In this document: piece after piece, positions 36,572-46,623 of the stretch
How positions within the stretch are numbered: the first letter of the stretch is position 1
How the letters are laid out: each line of letters opens with the position of its first letter
DNA from: an uncultured Gammaproteobacteria bacterium
GTDB taxonomy: Bacteria > Patescibacteriota > Microgenomatia > JALYQM01
Assembly (NCBI GenBank): GCA_964403585.1
Contig: CAYOFQ010000001.1
Location: forward strand, 1,408,826-1,472,825
Direction: 5' to 3'
Length of the DNA stretch: 64,000 bases
The notes under the pieces: generated by a model
Told to the model about the DNA's origin: nothing
Database searches by the model: none
Seen by the model: only the letters and a program-made list of their open reading frames with translations
Program-made: the position numbers and the translations under genes

Positions 36572-37699
36572 CTACTTCCGTTTAAAACGATTCATGGAAA
36601 GACTAAAAAATCCGAATATAAATAAAATTGCACTCAAACCCAGCAACAACACATATCCCGACATCCCCTGTGCATCCCACTGCTTAAAGGTCCACGGCGT
36701 AAGTAACTGGGTTATCGGTTGATTATGCAATAAATACAACCAGTACGACTGTGCTCCTATAGCTCCTAACACGCCGGCAATCCAAACATTTTTTACATTT
36801 CTGAACACCATAATCCCCATCACCATCAAACCGATTGTCGTAAGCAGATCATTAAACACTCGCCCATATTCTGTGAACCCCAAATAAAATCCAAAATACC
36901 AAACCACAGCACCAATACCTAAACACCACCATTTCAGACGATAAAATAAATCATAGTTCCAATGCACATAAACATACGCAGCAGCCATGCCAAGTCCAAA
37001 TTCAAACAACCGCACCGGTAACAATGAAAACAACAACGGATCGCCATCATGTTCAAACAACGCCCAGTAACGATACCCAACCGTCACCACAAACATTATA
37101 ACCAAGAATACCCATGGCCTAATTTTATGCAGTAACCAGTACAAAGCATCATAAAAAATATAGTACTGAAGAATCAAACCGGAAAACCACAGTGAAGGAT
37201 TAACCCGGGATATAATTCCATAAAAATCGGTCCACACAAACGGATACAGCAGCAGCCGTAAGTATGGATACAACTCTCCGGTCGGAGCGGCTACTAAATA
37301 ACGGCGCAAATAATGTAACGAAATATAATTTATTACAAAAGCAAAAATAATAGCTATTTGAAACTGTGGAAGTAATCGTATTATCCTTTTGAACCAGGCA
37401 CCACCACGGGAACCTTTTACCATTTTTGAGTATGTCAGACCAAAGCCACTCAAAAAAATGAATATGCCCACAAACTGGTATCCCTGTGCTCCCAGAAAAA
37501 CGAGCAAATTGCCTATCCACGCCCCGTCCGCACCGTTTCGAAAAATTTCCAACCGCTTCATATTTTCAGCCATAGATAGTTCAATACTCGGCCGGATATG
37601 AAAAAGTGAAACTTCCAGTACATAGTGATAGAGCGCAATAAAAATAATCGAAATCGCTCGCAGGTAATCCAGAAAATCTATTCGTTTAAATGAAGACAT
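36572..37699 (-). CDS. membrane acyltransferase, acyltransferase-3 (OatA-like) family
   Basis: 10 TM, N-terminal FLDYLRAISIIFIALYH motif characteristic of the Acyl_transf_3 family. Confidence 0.6.
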   Translation of the reverse strand: MSSFKRIDFLDYLRAISIIFIALYHYVLEVSLFHIRPSIELSMAENMKRLEIFRNGADGAWIGNLLVFLGAQGYQFVGIFIFLSGFGLTYSKMVKGSRGGAWFKRIIRLLPQFQIAIIFAFVINYISLHYLRRYLVAAPTGELYPYLRLLLYPFVWTDFYGIISRVNPSLWFSGLILQYYIFYDALYWLLHKIRPWVFLVIMFVVTVGYRYWALFEHDGDPLLFSLLPVRLFEFGLGMAAAYVYVHWNYDLFYRLKWWCLGIGAVVWYFGFYLGFTEYGRVFNDLLTTIGLMVMGIMVFRNVKNVWIAGVLGAIGAQSYWLYLLHNQPITQLLTPWTFKQWDAQGMSGYVLLLGLSAILFIFGFFSLSMNRFKRK

Positions 37700-37734
37700 A
37701 GCATAATTCTAACAGAAACAGTAAAATCCGCTCC

Positions 37735-38478
37735 ATGGTAGAAAAATCAATCCACATTGATGTAATAAGAAACCAGGTGTTTGTCGGTCCCGATTCTACC
37801 GCAGTCCGACCGCGCGAAGCACTTTATCTTTTGTCACTCTACGCCAACCCGGCAGGACTTATTATTGCCGAAGTAGCTGAATGTCTAAAACGCCGCCGAA
37901 CAGATAGTGCCGACCATGAGACAGCCAAATCAATTGCCAGTATGTTAGCCAGCTCTCGCCAGAATGCGCTTAAAGCCGAGCTGATGAAGCAAGTTTTCAA
38001 AAGAGATAAAATACTGCCCGGGTATCCCGGCAAACATGCGGTACACCGGTTAGTGAGTCCGGAAACAACAACCTTGGAACTTGCCAGATATATGCTATAT
38101 GAAAACGGGAACTATTACCTGCCGGCCGGGATACAAATAGATCCATCCTGGACAATTGTAGATATCGGAACACATACTGTCGGGACACTTCAAACCGATA
38201 CTTGTATCACACCCTTCGGCGAACAGTTAGCCATTACCATAATCGACCGACCGGAACATAAATTTACTCTGGAGGAGTTGGTCGCTATAACTAGTGAGAG
38301 AATTGCTCACACCATCGACTTCATGGGAGCATACGACAATCTCCGTGAGGTCTTAACAAAAGTCCCACAAATCAAAGCCGAAGGCTTGCACAACCGCCGG
38401 ATATATATTGAGGCTAACCAGCATATTACCTACGGAATCCACAAACCCGGCTACCGCCGTATACACGAAGTAAATTGA
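37735..38478 (+). CDS. hypothetical protein with putative N-terminal winged-helix domain (paralog A)
   Basis: N-terminal REALYLLSLYANPAGLIIAEVAECLKRRRTD resembles the N-terminus of the next ORF. Confidence 0.4.
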   Translation: MVEKSIHIDVIRNQVFVGPDSTAVRPREALYLLSLYANPAGLIIAEVAECLKRRRTDSADHETAKSIASMLASSRQNALKAELMKQVFKRDKILPGYPGKHAVHRLVSPETTTLELARYMLYENGNYYLPAGIQIDPSWTIVDIGTHTVGTLQTDTCITPFGEQLAITIIDRPEHKFTLEELVAITSERIAHTIDFMGAYDNLREVLTKVPQIKAEGLHNRRIYIEANQHITYGIHKPGYRRIHEVN

Positions 38479-38512
38479 TTTAAATTCATAAATACGATAA
38501 AATCCAACCCCA

Positions 38513-39226
38513 ATGCCGGAAACAGCAAAAAATACCCTCGATCCTATTCGAAGAAGTCTGAAAACCCCCTACGGTGAAACCGACTTAACCAGACAGGAAG
38601 TCTTACTGCTCCTCACATTGAAACATGCGTCCGGTCCAATACGATCCGAGGAACTCGCCTCCGGACTTCGACGAACACGAGTTGACCGCATCCCTAACAA
38701 CAATCATGTCTCAGTAGTGATTAACCATTTTGCCCGTCCCAAGCACAAACCGGAAAGAATCTCGATTGTCAGAGATATTATTGGCAGCAATCACGGAATA
38801 TACTGGCTTACCGAACCTGAGGAGATGGAAGTAGTAGTCGAAGATTTCGGACTTACTGAAGGTGAAGATTATTATGAACCGAAAGGAGTTCGCCTTTCCG
38901 AAAGGACCATTCTCCTGGATATGGCACGTGACACTTTATGTGACGCAAATCGTGAAATAGATATCGATCCGACCCTAAGAAGAATAAGTTTTGCCATGAC
39001 ATTGTATCCGGGAAAATATCGAAGTGCTCCTTTTTGGACCAGGCTTACCAATCGGATATTTGGTACCGACCATGCCCGCAACACCGTCTCAACTAAATTA
39101 ACCACCGCAACCGAAGAAATACCCTTCTTTAGGCGAGATTCAAGCCACTACCCCATCGTATTTGCAATTCACCAAGAAGTTGTACCGGGAATTTACATCC
39201 CGAACCGGAGAAGACTATTTTTGTAA
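38513..39226 (+). CDS. hypothetical protein with putative N-terminal winged-helix domain (paralog B)
   Basis: N-terminal TRQEVLLLLTLKHASGPIRSEELASGLRRTRVD. C-terminus diverged from paralog A. Confidence 0.4.
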   Translation: MPETAKNTLDPIRRSLKTPYGETDLTRQEVLLLLTLKHASGPIRSEELASGLRRTRVDRIPNNNHVSVVINHFARPKHKPERISIVRDIIGSNHGIYWLTEPEEMEVVVEDFGLTEGEDYYEPKGVRLSERTILLDMARDTLCDANREIDIDPTLRRISFAMTLYPGKYRSAPFWTRLTNRIFGTDHARNTVSTKLTTATEEIPFFRRDSSHYPIVFAIHQEVVPGIYIPNRRRLFL

Positions 39227-39249
39227 TAGTAAAGCAGGTAATCCCTTCT

Positions 39250-39278
39250 TGACAATAAAACCCCATATAGTAAACTAA
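39250..39278 (+). promoter_or_regulatory. sigma70-like promoter TTGACA-N17-TAAACT for the T-box leader/csaA-proS operon
   Basis: ttgacaataaaaccccatatagtaaact. Confidence 0.45.
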
Positions 39279-39289
39279 ATCTAATTAAA

Positions 39290-39550
39290 AAGCATTTGAG
39301 CTTATCCCAATAAGCGAAGCTGTGTATCCAGAAAGCCCTTCAAAGGCACAAATACACCGGAACTCTCACCGTAATACGAGATTAATGAGTTCGCGAAAAT
39401 CTGAATTTTCGCGAAAAATCAAGGTGGTACCACGAACGTTAGTCGATGGCGAACGCAAATTGCGGAGCCGGAGATCCTGAGCTATAAGCGAAGCGGCTCG
39501 TCCTTGTAATTGAGAGTATTCTCTCGATTGCAGCGACGAGCTTTTTTCGT
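39290..39550 (+). promoter_or_regulatory. T-box riboswitch-like leader (putative Pro specifier) with terminator
   Basis: AAUCAAGGUGGUACCACGAACG matches the T-box consensus AAUUAGGGUGGUACCGCG. An upstream hairpin GUGUAUCC[AGAAAGCCCUUCAAA]GG..AUACAC presents CCC/CCU in the loop. Downstream terminator gctcgtc...gacgagc + TTTTTT (39495-39549). Located upstream of proS. Confidence 0.5.
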
Positions 39551-39666
39551 ATGAGAAGGGTAGCTATGAAAAAATATTGGTTAATTTTACTTCCAACTGC
39601 CTGTCTACCACCCCTTAGGGGGAATATTCAAGCACATCCATTAAAGTAGTAATTAACTAATAAGGA

Positions 39667-40008
39667 ATGTATATGACAATCACATACGAAGATTTTGAAA
39701 AAGTAGAAATTAGAGTTGGCAAAATAACTCAAGTCGACGCTTTCCCTGAAGCACGCAAGCCTGCATATAAACTTACCATAGACTTTGGACCTGAAATTGG
39801 CACTCGCCGATCTTCAGCCCAAATAACCAAACACTATACTAAAGAAGAATTGGTTGGCAAACTGGTTATGGGAGTCGTAAATTTTCCACCCAAACAAATC
39901 GGTCCTTTCAAATCAGAATCATTAACACTTGGTCTGCCGGACGGCGAAGGTGGAGTAGTATTAATCTGTCCAACCAAAGAAGTGCCCATCGGCGGAAAGA
40001 TGTTCTAA
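39667..40008 (+). CDS. csaA: tRNA-binding domain protein (CsaA/Trbp111/Myf-like)
   Basis: 113 aa. VEIRVGKI...KLVMGVVNFPPKQIG...SESLTLGLPDGEGG is the OB-fold tRNA-binding domain pattern. Confidence 0.8.
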   Translation: MYMTITYEDFEKVEIRVGKITQVDAFPEARKPAYKLTIDFGPEIGTRRSSAQITKHYTKEELVGKLVMGVVNFPPKQIGPFKSESLTLGLPDGEGGVVLICPTKEVPIGGKMF

Positions 40009-40020
40009 AAAGGAGAATAT

Positions 40021-41457
40021 ATGTCACAAACATTTGAGAAAAAAGGCGTTACCAAAAAATCTGAAAACATGTCCGACTGGTACGTCGACGTAATCACTAA
40101 ATCCGAAATGGCCGACTACTCCCCTGTCCGTGGCTGCATTGTGTATCGCCCACTCTCGTATGCCATCTGGGAAAATGTCCAGAAGTTTCTTGATGGCAAA
40201 CTCAAAGAAATGGGCTGCGAAAACAGCTACTTTCCACTATTCATCCCTGAAAGTTTCTTAAAAAAAGAAGCCAGCCATGTCGAAGGATTTTCCCCTGAAC
40301 TCGCAGTAGTCACCATCGGTGGTGGCGAAGAGCTCGAAGAAAAGCTCGCAGTGAGACCGACCTCAGAAACCATTATGTATGCAATGTATAGCAAATGGAT
40401 TCAGTCGCACCGGGACCTGCCAATGAAACTTAATCAATGGAATAGCGTGGTCCGGTGGGAAAAACGAACATACTTCTTCCTGCGCGGTGCAGAATTTCTG
40501 TGGCAGGAAGCCCACACTGCACACGCCACGCACGAAGAATGCTGGGCACAGGTCCTCGACGGCATTAACGCCTATGAACAAACCTATGTCGATGTTCTCG
40601 CAGTTCCTGGAATTAAAGGAGTAAAAAGCCAATCCGAAAAATTTGCTGGTGCAGATAATACTACTACCTACGAAATGATGATGCCCGACGGTAAGGCCTT
40701 ACAGGGCTGTACCTCGCATGACCTTGGGCAGAACTTCTCTAAAGCCTTCGATATCTCCTTCCAAAACAAAGAAGGCCAAAACGACTATGCCTGGCAAACC
40801 AGTTTTGGCTATTCAACCCGCGCACTTGGGGCAGTAGTTATGGTGCACGGCGACGATCAAGGACTCGTGCTCCCACCAAAGGCTGCACCAACTCAAGCGG
40901 TAATCATTCCAATTGGCCAAGATGGCGAAGTCTTTCGTGCAGCAGAGAATCTTAATTTAGCATTGCAGGATCAAGGCGTCCGTACAAAACTTGATATTCG
41001 TTCAGAATATTCCTTAGGATTTAAGCGCAACGAATACGAACTAAAAGGTATCCCGCTACGACTTGAACTTGGTACCAAAGAACTTGAAAATGGCGTTGTT
41101 ACTGTCTCAATCCGCCACAATGGACAAAAGGAGCAAATCGCCATAACCGAAGCCGGTGAAAAAATAGCAATGCTCCTCGAAGAAATCCAGAAACAGATGT
41201 ACGAAAAAGCACTCAAGATGCAGCAAGACCTTACGTCAGAGGCTAAGGATTACGAAGAGTTCAAACACATCATGAACACCAAGCGCGGATTTATCCACGC
41301 TTTCTGGTGCGAGAATAAAGAATGCGAAGCTCAGATCAAAGAAGAAACCAAAGCCACTACTCGCTGTTTACCGTTTGATGCCAAGGAAGAACACGGCACC
41401 TGTGTTCATTGCAGCAAAGAGGCCAAACATAAGTGGGTATTTGCTCAGGCGTATTAA
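40021..41457 (+). CDS. proS: prolyl-tRNA synthetase, archaeal/eukaryal-type
   Basis: 478 aa class II aaRS. C-terminal Zn-binding tail CLPFDAKEEHGTCVHCSKEAKHKWVFAQAY typical of the short-form ProRS. Confidence 0.9.
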   Translation: MSQTFEKKGVTKKSENMSDWYVDVITKSEMADYSPVRGCIVYRPLSYAIWENVQKFLDGKLKEMGCENSYFPLFIPESFLKKEASHVEGFSPELAVVTIGGGEELEEKLAVRPTSETIMYAMYSKWIQSHRDLPMKLNQWNSVVRWEKRTYFFLRGAEFLWQEAHTAHATHEECWAQVLDGINAYEQTYVDVLAVPGIKGVKSQSEKFAGADNTTTYEMMMPDGKALQGCTSHDLGQNFSKAFDISFQNKEGQNDYAWQTSFGYSTRALGAVVMVHGDDQGLVLPPKAAPTQAVIIPIGQDGEVFRAAENLNLALQDQGVRTKLDIRSEYSLGFKRNEYELKGIPLRLELGTKELENGVVTVSIRHNGQKEQIAITEAGEKIAMLLEEIQKQMYEKALKMQQDLTSEAKDYEEFKHIMNTKRGFIHAFWCENKECEAQIKEETKATTRCLPFDAKEEHGTCVHCSKEAKHKWVFAQAY

Positions 41458-42278
41458 ACCATTCCTGCTACTTCCCGTAAATTGTCAAACTCAAGTTTCT
41501 TAAGCGGAAGGCCTTCTTTAAACTCACCGGCAACAAACCCGGTATCGGGGATTTTAGGAAGCGCATAGTAAAGACCATATCCGTGTTGTCCCGCCATAAT
41601 CCGCATTTGCTGTACATAATCAACTTTATCACGCTCAGCAAAATATCCGTCTGTCATATGGTCAATCGTGCTATCAACACTTAAGCGGCTTTTTAATCCC
41701 TTACCGGATAATCCTTCTTCGCTGGGCATGGCAGCAAAAATTAAGTTACGTGTACCCAATAACCACACCATTGCATCATCACTACTAATGAGCGCAGGGA
41801 AATCTACATTGCTAAAGAATCTGTTCAAAAAGTCCGCATCCTCCTTAGTCCCGGATTTAATTTTAAAAAGTTCTGCCAACTTTCCTTCGTTAACACCTTT
41901 TACTGCAACCGGATGCGTATGCCAAAAAATCAAATCAGGAAAAGGATTAGATAACGCACGTAGATGTATTTTTACAAGTTCCCACGGATGGGCACCTCCC
42001 CGTGTACCATGACGAAAAGGAATTTCTACCCGATCACCGGTCTCATTTATTCGTATGATACCCATTAACTCGTTCTTACCTAACTCATCATCTAAATTAG
42101 TCAGAACATGTTGCTCAAAAGTTCCAAGTAACTCCCCCGGAAGAGTAACGCGACGTGGCAAATCAAACACATCCAAAGGGATCTGACGCTCACCCAAAAT
42201 TTGTTTGGCATAATAATCACGCACCAAAATTCGTGGATCTTCATGAAAACGTTGCGCTTCAAAACTCGAATCAGACAT
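41454..42278 (-). CDS. hypothetical protein (274 aa)
   Basis: Contains WHTHP, but the spacing does not fit JAMM. No confident assignment. Confidence 0.4.
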   Translation of the reverse strand: MSDSSFEAQRFHEDPRILVRDYYAKQILGERQIPLDVFDLPRRVTLPGELLGTFEQHVLTNLDDELGKNELMGIIRINETGDRVEIPFRHGTRGGAHPWELVKIHLRALSNPFPDLIFWHTHPVAVKGVNEGKLAELFKIKSGTKEDADFLNRFFSNVDFPALISSDDAMVWLLGTRNLIFAAMPSEEGLSGKGLKSRLSVDSTIDHMTDGYFAERDKVDYVQQMRIMAGQHGYGLYYALPKIPDTGFVAGEFKEGLPLKKLEFDNLREVAGMV

Positions 42279-42304
42279 ACTAAAATTATACTATCAATAG
42301 TTCT

Positions 42305-43366
42305 CTAAATAAGTACTAAAAATTTCCTCAGCATCTCTCCATATTGTTCCAAACCCTCAATGCTTACCCACTCTTCATCTGTATGTAAACCGTATCCCGG
42401 CGGTCCAAACGTGACCCCGTCACACCCTACGGCATTATACAACCGGATATCCGAACCTCCATGTTTCACAATCGTCTTACCTTCTTCACCGGTAACATCC
42501 TTCACCACCTGCTTTAAAGATCTCACATACTCATTCTCAGGGTCGGTAAACTGCGGCGGTTCTTTTACCTGAACCTCTATCGTTGCATCATTACCCGCTA
42601 AGTGCTGCAATGCAGCCACAATAGTCTGTTCGTCCTCCGGCACATAGCGCACATCCAATAAAGCGTACGCACTATCCGGCACTTTGTTAAAGGTCAAATT
42701 TGGCGTTTCGATCTTTGCTAAATTTACCGTAGTTTTCCACAACTCTTCCCGTGCTTCAGGATACGCTTCGCGCAACCGCTCCAAAAATTTCTCTAATTTC
42801 CATAATGCATTCTCCCCTTGCCATGGATACGCACCATGCGCAGTAGTACCACGGGCTATAACCTTCGCCCACAATATTCCCTTTGCCCGATCATTAATAC
42901 CAAAGTCTGTCGGCTCACCGGCTATTACAAAATCTGCCCGTACACCCTGCTCCACTTGATACTTAGTTCCATCAAATCCACCAACCTCCTCGTCGGTAAC
43001 TAACTGTAAACCAACTGGGAAAGTCACTTGCGCAGCCATTTCCTTAAAAATCAGTATCTCCGCCGCCGCAGCTGCTTTCATATCCACCGCACCGCGCCCG
43101 AATAATTTTCCTTCCTTCTCAAACGGTACAAACTGTTCAACTTTTGCCGGTACAACATCTAAATGAGCGTTAAATATAATTCTAAACCGTTCAGGCCTGC
43201 TCTTCCCTGAATAAACCAGCACGCTTGGTACACCGTTTCGCTCAAAATGCTCAACAGTAAATCCCTCCAGCGGCGCCACCGCCGTCGCGATAACATTTTT
43301 TAAAGCATTCGTGTCACCTTTTACAGATGCAATGCGAATAAGTTCTTTTGCTAAATCAATAACCAT
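42305..43366 (-). CDS. M20-family peptidase/deacylase (ArgE/DapE-like)
   Basis: NAHLDVVPA, GAVDMKAAAAAEI, VTDEEVGG motifs. 353 aa. Confidence 0.7.
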   Translation of the reverse strand: MVIDLAKELIRIASVKGDTNALKNVIATAVAPLEGFTVEHFERNGVPSVLVYSGKSRPERFRIIFNAHLDVVPAKVEQFVPFEKEGKLFGRGAVDMKAAAAAEILIFKEMAAQVTFPVGLQLVTDEEVGGFDGTKYQVEQGVRADFVIAGEPTDFGINDRAKGILWAKVIARGTTAHGAYPWQGENALWKLEKFLERLREAYPEAREELWKTTVNLAKIETPNLTFNKVPDSAYALLDVRYVPEDEQTIVAALQHLAGNDATIEVQVKEPPQFTDPENEYVRSLKQVVKDVTGEEGKTIVKHGGSDIRLYNAVGCDGVTFGPPGYGLHTDEEWVSIEGLEQYGEMLRKFLVLI

Positions 43367-43375
43367 AATAACTCC

Positions 43376-44164
43376 TTATGCTAAGTGCGGTATTCCCACA
43401 ATAAATACCGCATCACGCTCACCAACATTCTCCGCAAAAAATCGGTCAATGCGTACATCATTACTGCTTAAACGACGGGTAGACAACGCGTGGGGATAAA
43501 CATTTTTACACACTAAGGTGCGCAAATCTATGTCTCCCTGCATATCTAATGCATCATACAACGTAGCAGCGACACGCATTACCGGCGCATCCGGGCGATG
43601 CGTAATCGGGTACACTGCCGGACAATATTTCCCACGGGCTCGGGCAACTGCCGGATTCTGCGTACGTCCCGCAATATATCGTATTGTATCACCGGAATCA
43701 GTATATGTTTGTGCACCACGTAAAGCCAGGCGATGTCCTACTCCATGCGCCTGGTACGCTTCTGTCACTACCATTCCCGAAACATATAACACCCCACCCT
43801 CTTCAGGAAAATAACGCATACTAACAAATCCAATTGGAGCCCCTTCATCATAGGCTAGAATAACACGATGTCCACGCAAATGCGTCTCCACATCAGTTCG
43901 AAAGGCAGCAACCTCCGCGTTCTGACCAAATCCATCAGCCGCAATTGCTACTGCATCCGCCAAATACCGTGCCTGATCGCCAGGCATTTCTGAATCATAC
44001 ATAATATCCGCATACTGTAAACGATCTTTCATACAAAACTCCTCACAATACTTTCTAATTAAGGAAAGATCGCCAACCAATCTGAATAAAATGAGCCTCA
44101 CCAAAAATATGGACACTATACATAAAAATCCTCGCCGATATACCTGGTTAATAACCACATACAT
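43376..44164 (-). CDS. GNAT-family N-acetyltransferase-like protein
   Basis: C-terminal half carries an acetyl-CoA binding-like pattern (GFVSMRYFPEEGGVLYVSGMVVTEAYQAHGVGHRLA). The true start is probably internal. GC-rich. Confidence 0.45.
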   Translation of the reverse strand: MYVVINQVYRRGFLCIVSIFLVRLILFRLVGDLSLIRKYCEEFCMKDRLQYADIMYDSEMPGDQARYLADAVAIAADGFGQNAEVAAFRTDVETHLRGHRVILAYDEGAPIGFVSMRYFPEEGGVLYVSGMVVTEAYQAHGVGHRLALRGAQTYTDSGDTIRYIAGRTQNPAVARARGKYCPAVYPITHRPDAPVMRVAATLYDALDMQGDIDLRTLVCKNVYPHALSTRRLSSNDVRIDRFFAENVGERDAVFIVGIPHLA

Positions 44165-44461
44165 CTGCGAGGACCTTCAAAAGGTGGTGCCACCTCACAC
44201 TATCTTTTCATTACTGAAAAAATCTTTGTAACCGACTCTGTTTACTTGGTAAGTGACATCGGTCTGATAGATGATTACGGCTATCTTCCGGAACCGGCTA
44301 CTTTCCTTTTCAGGATGATTCACCGCTCAGCATCAGCAGGCCCATTCTCCTGCTTCAATCGCTTTGAGTATTACTATAACAAAAACACCATCACAATGCA
44401 AGAACTCCTCCGCTTGAGATAGCACTCCGTAAAAGGTAAAATAGCACTAAGGATTTAGGCT

Positions 44462-45007
44462 ATGACTCCATATAAAGCTTATAAATACTGCCCCCGCTGT
44501 TCCGGCAATTTAAAGCACGAAACAAATAATCTGCTCAAGTGTCAAACCTGCGGCTATAATTTTTTTATTAACGCATCACCATGCGTGGGAATTATTATTG
44601 AAAACGAAAATAAGCGTATAATGCTTGGGAAAAGAGCCATCGAACCGCACAAAGGAACCTGGGATGTCTTGGGCGGTTTTATGGAACCGGGCGAAACAAC
44701 CTATATTAACGCTATTCGCGAAGCCAAGGAAGAACTCGGTGTTAGCGTACGACCTGGCTTAACAGTAACTTCAGCAACTATCAGTTACCCGTACATGGGA
44801 GTAGAGATTCCCTGTTTAATACTCTTCATGACGGCTAAAATTATCGACGGAGTCGCATTACCACAAGACGACGTCTCTGAAATTCAATATTTTTCTGAAG
44901 AAGAACTCGACCACATTCAGCTAACGTACCCTGTATTGAAAGATGCCTTTCATGAATACTTCAAGCTCCGCAAAAAACTATCTTTAAAAACACTACTCAA
45001 CGAGTAA
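44462..45007 (+). CDS. NUDIX hydrolase with N-terminal zinc ribbon
   Basis: CPRCSGN...CQTCGY (C4 ribbon), then the Nudix box GGFMEPGETTYINAIREAKEELGV. Confidence 0.75.
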   Translation: MTPYKAYKYCPRCSGNLKHETNNLLKCQTCGYNFFINASPCVGIIIENENKRIMLGKRAIEPHKGTWDVLGGFMEPGETTYINAIREAKEELGVSVRPGLTVTSATISYPYMGVEIPCLILFMTAKIIDGVALPQDDVSEIQYFSEEELDHIQLTYPVLKDAFHEYFKLRKKLSLKTLLNE

Positions 45008-45131
45008 TCACTTCTAATTCTATTGACACCGTATAACAAAACATACTACAGTAATTAGTAGATATGAAAATCCGTATTCCCAAACGTATTAAAGTTACCA
45101 AAATTGAAAGCAAAAAAATAAAGAGCTAAAT

Positions 45132-45491
45132 ATGAAGATCCATAAAAGAATCCACAAAAAGATTCCCAAAGAATTAATGCGCGTAACTCCTTTATCAAAA
45201 ACAGTCGCAGCAATCGTATTTATTACTCTGCCGTTTGTCGGATTCTTATTTGGGGTGCAGTACGGAAGATTCAGTTTAGCTGCCGAAACAGGCTTAAATC
45301 CAATCAATTATCCTTCAGTAACTAAACCGCGCGATGTTGCTTGTACCATGGATGCTAAGATCTGTCCCGATGGAACAGCGGTCGGCCGCAAAGGTCCAAT
45401 GTGTCAATTCGAGGAGTGTCCACTTCCCGGTATGGATAAACTGGATATTTCCAATGACAGCGATAGTGTGGGAACACCCTCTGCCCGCTAG
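45132..45491 (+). CDS. small secreted Cys-rich protein (119 aa)
   Basis: Signal/TM helix. CTMDAKICPDGTAVGRKGPMCQFEECP. Confidence 0.35.
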   Translation: MKIHKRIHKKIPKELMRVTPLSKTVAAIVFITLPFVGFLFGVQYGRFSLAAETGLNPINYPSVTKPRDVACTMDAKICPDGTAVGRKGPMCQFEECPLPGMDKLDISNDSDSVGTPSAR

Positions 45492-45923
45492 TTATTTCTT
45501 GCCACGCGAAAGATATGAATTTGTATTGAACAGGAATTTGGTAACCGTATACGGCATTACCAATAATTGTGCAAATCCGCCTAAAACAAAAATTCTCAGG
45601 AACCATTCGTCGGCATAATGCAACGCACCAAGACCAACCGCTATCGCTATACCAATCTCAAAAATAAAAATAAGTGACACAATCACCAGAAACGTTGTTG
45701 ACCAGGTCTTTCGCAGAAAAAGAATATCCTGCCGCTCTTCAAGTTCAACACTCGACAAAAGTGCATCAAAATATTCTTTTTCATAGTCATAATCATCACT
45801 GGAATCAATTGCCGCACGGGCAGCTTTAGGAGCTATGACTTCCTCATCGATAGCCGTATAAAACTTCTCTAGCTTTGAATCGTAATCTAAACCATTGGGA
45901 GATTTTTGCTGCCTTTGTTCCAT
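45492..45923 (-). CDS. two-TM membrane protein with acidic N-terminal domain (143 aa)
   Basis: Overlaps the ImmA/IrrE gene's 3' end by 37 nt (coupled). Confidence 0.35.
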   Translation of the reverse strand: MEQRQQKSPNGLDYDSKLEKFYTAIDEEVIAPKAARAAIDSSDDYDYEKEYFDALLSSVELEERQDILFLRKTWSTTFLVIVSLIFIFEIGIAIAVGLGALHYADEWFLRIFVLGGFAQLLVMPYTVTKFLFNTNSYLSRGKK

Positions 45924-46444
45924 ATCCCCTTCTCCAAATCTTGTAACCGGTAATTAATAACCTCTTGTGAAACAATAAATAATTTAGCTAATAAGGCAGC
46001 CGAATAACTTTTAAAACGCTCCAGCATAACAGAAGGAACCAGCAGATTAGCCGCAAAATAATTGGCCTCTTTCTCTAGTGTGACATCACTGGATAACGTC
46101 GCATCCCGATACAAAAACTGATACGCATATCGATCTGATAGTATTTCATCCCTATGTAAAAGGTAATGACCAACCTCATGAGCAACAGTAAACGCCCGTC
46201 TGTTCACCGGATCTTCTTTATTCACAAAAATAACTTTTTCCTTAAGATCAATAAAACCCGACACATTCCGGTATTCCGATGGCATCACAATCTCTTTGAC
46301 AGCCAGACCCAAATATGCCGCCACCTCAAAGGGAGAAATCGGTGGATCGGTATAAGAATAACGCTGCAATAAATCTAACGCAGCACGTTTCGCTTTATCA
46401 TAATCTGCTTTACGCGAAATACTTTCCATAGTCCGATAATACAC
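45887..46444 (-). CDS. ImmA/IrrE-family (COG2856) zinc metallopeptidase
   Basis: HEXXH in FTVAHEVGHYLLH with the surrounding ImmA/IrrE pattern. Confidence 0.7.
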   Translation of the reverse strand: MYYRTMESISRKADYDKAKRAALDLLQRYSYTDPPISPFEVAAYLGLAVKEIVMPSEYRNVSGFIDLKEKVIFVNKEDPVNRRAFTVAHEVGHYLLHRDEILSDRYAYQFLYRDATLSSDVTLEKEANYFAANLLVPSVMLERFKSYSAALLAKLFIVSQEVINYRLQDLEKGIWNKGSKNLPMV

Positions 46445-46623
46445 TAAAAACCCGAAGAAAACCAGATGAAAATAATAATCCGAAGCTTGTTCCGGATTGT
46501 GTAGCCGAACCCTTTCCGCCCTGGGAAACGACTATGAGAATGAAAAGCTCGTGGCGCGGGAAACAATAAGTAAGATAAACCGGAGCATGTGAGGTAAATA
46601 AGACGGAATAAGCGAGGTAGTAG

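Noticed and set aside
41454-42278. JAMM/MPN deubiquitinase motif (WHTHP)
   Set aside because: The HxH is present but the Ser/Asp spacing required for a JAMM site (HxHx7Sx2D) is not met.
44200-44460. Second T-box-like element (AAAGGUGGUGCCACC)
   Set aside because: Only a short near-palindrome GGTGG-TG-CCACC. No downstream terminator/antiterminator pair and no aaRS gene follows. More likely an operator-like site in a divergent promoter region.
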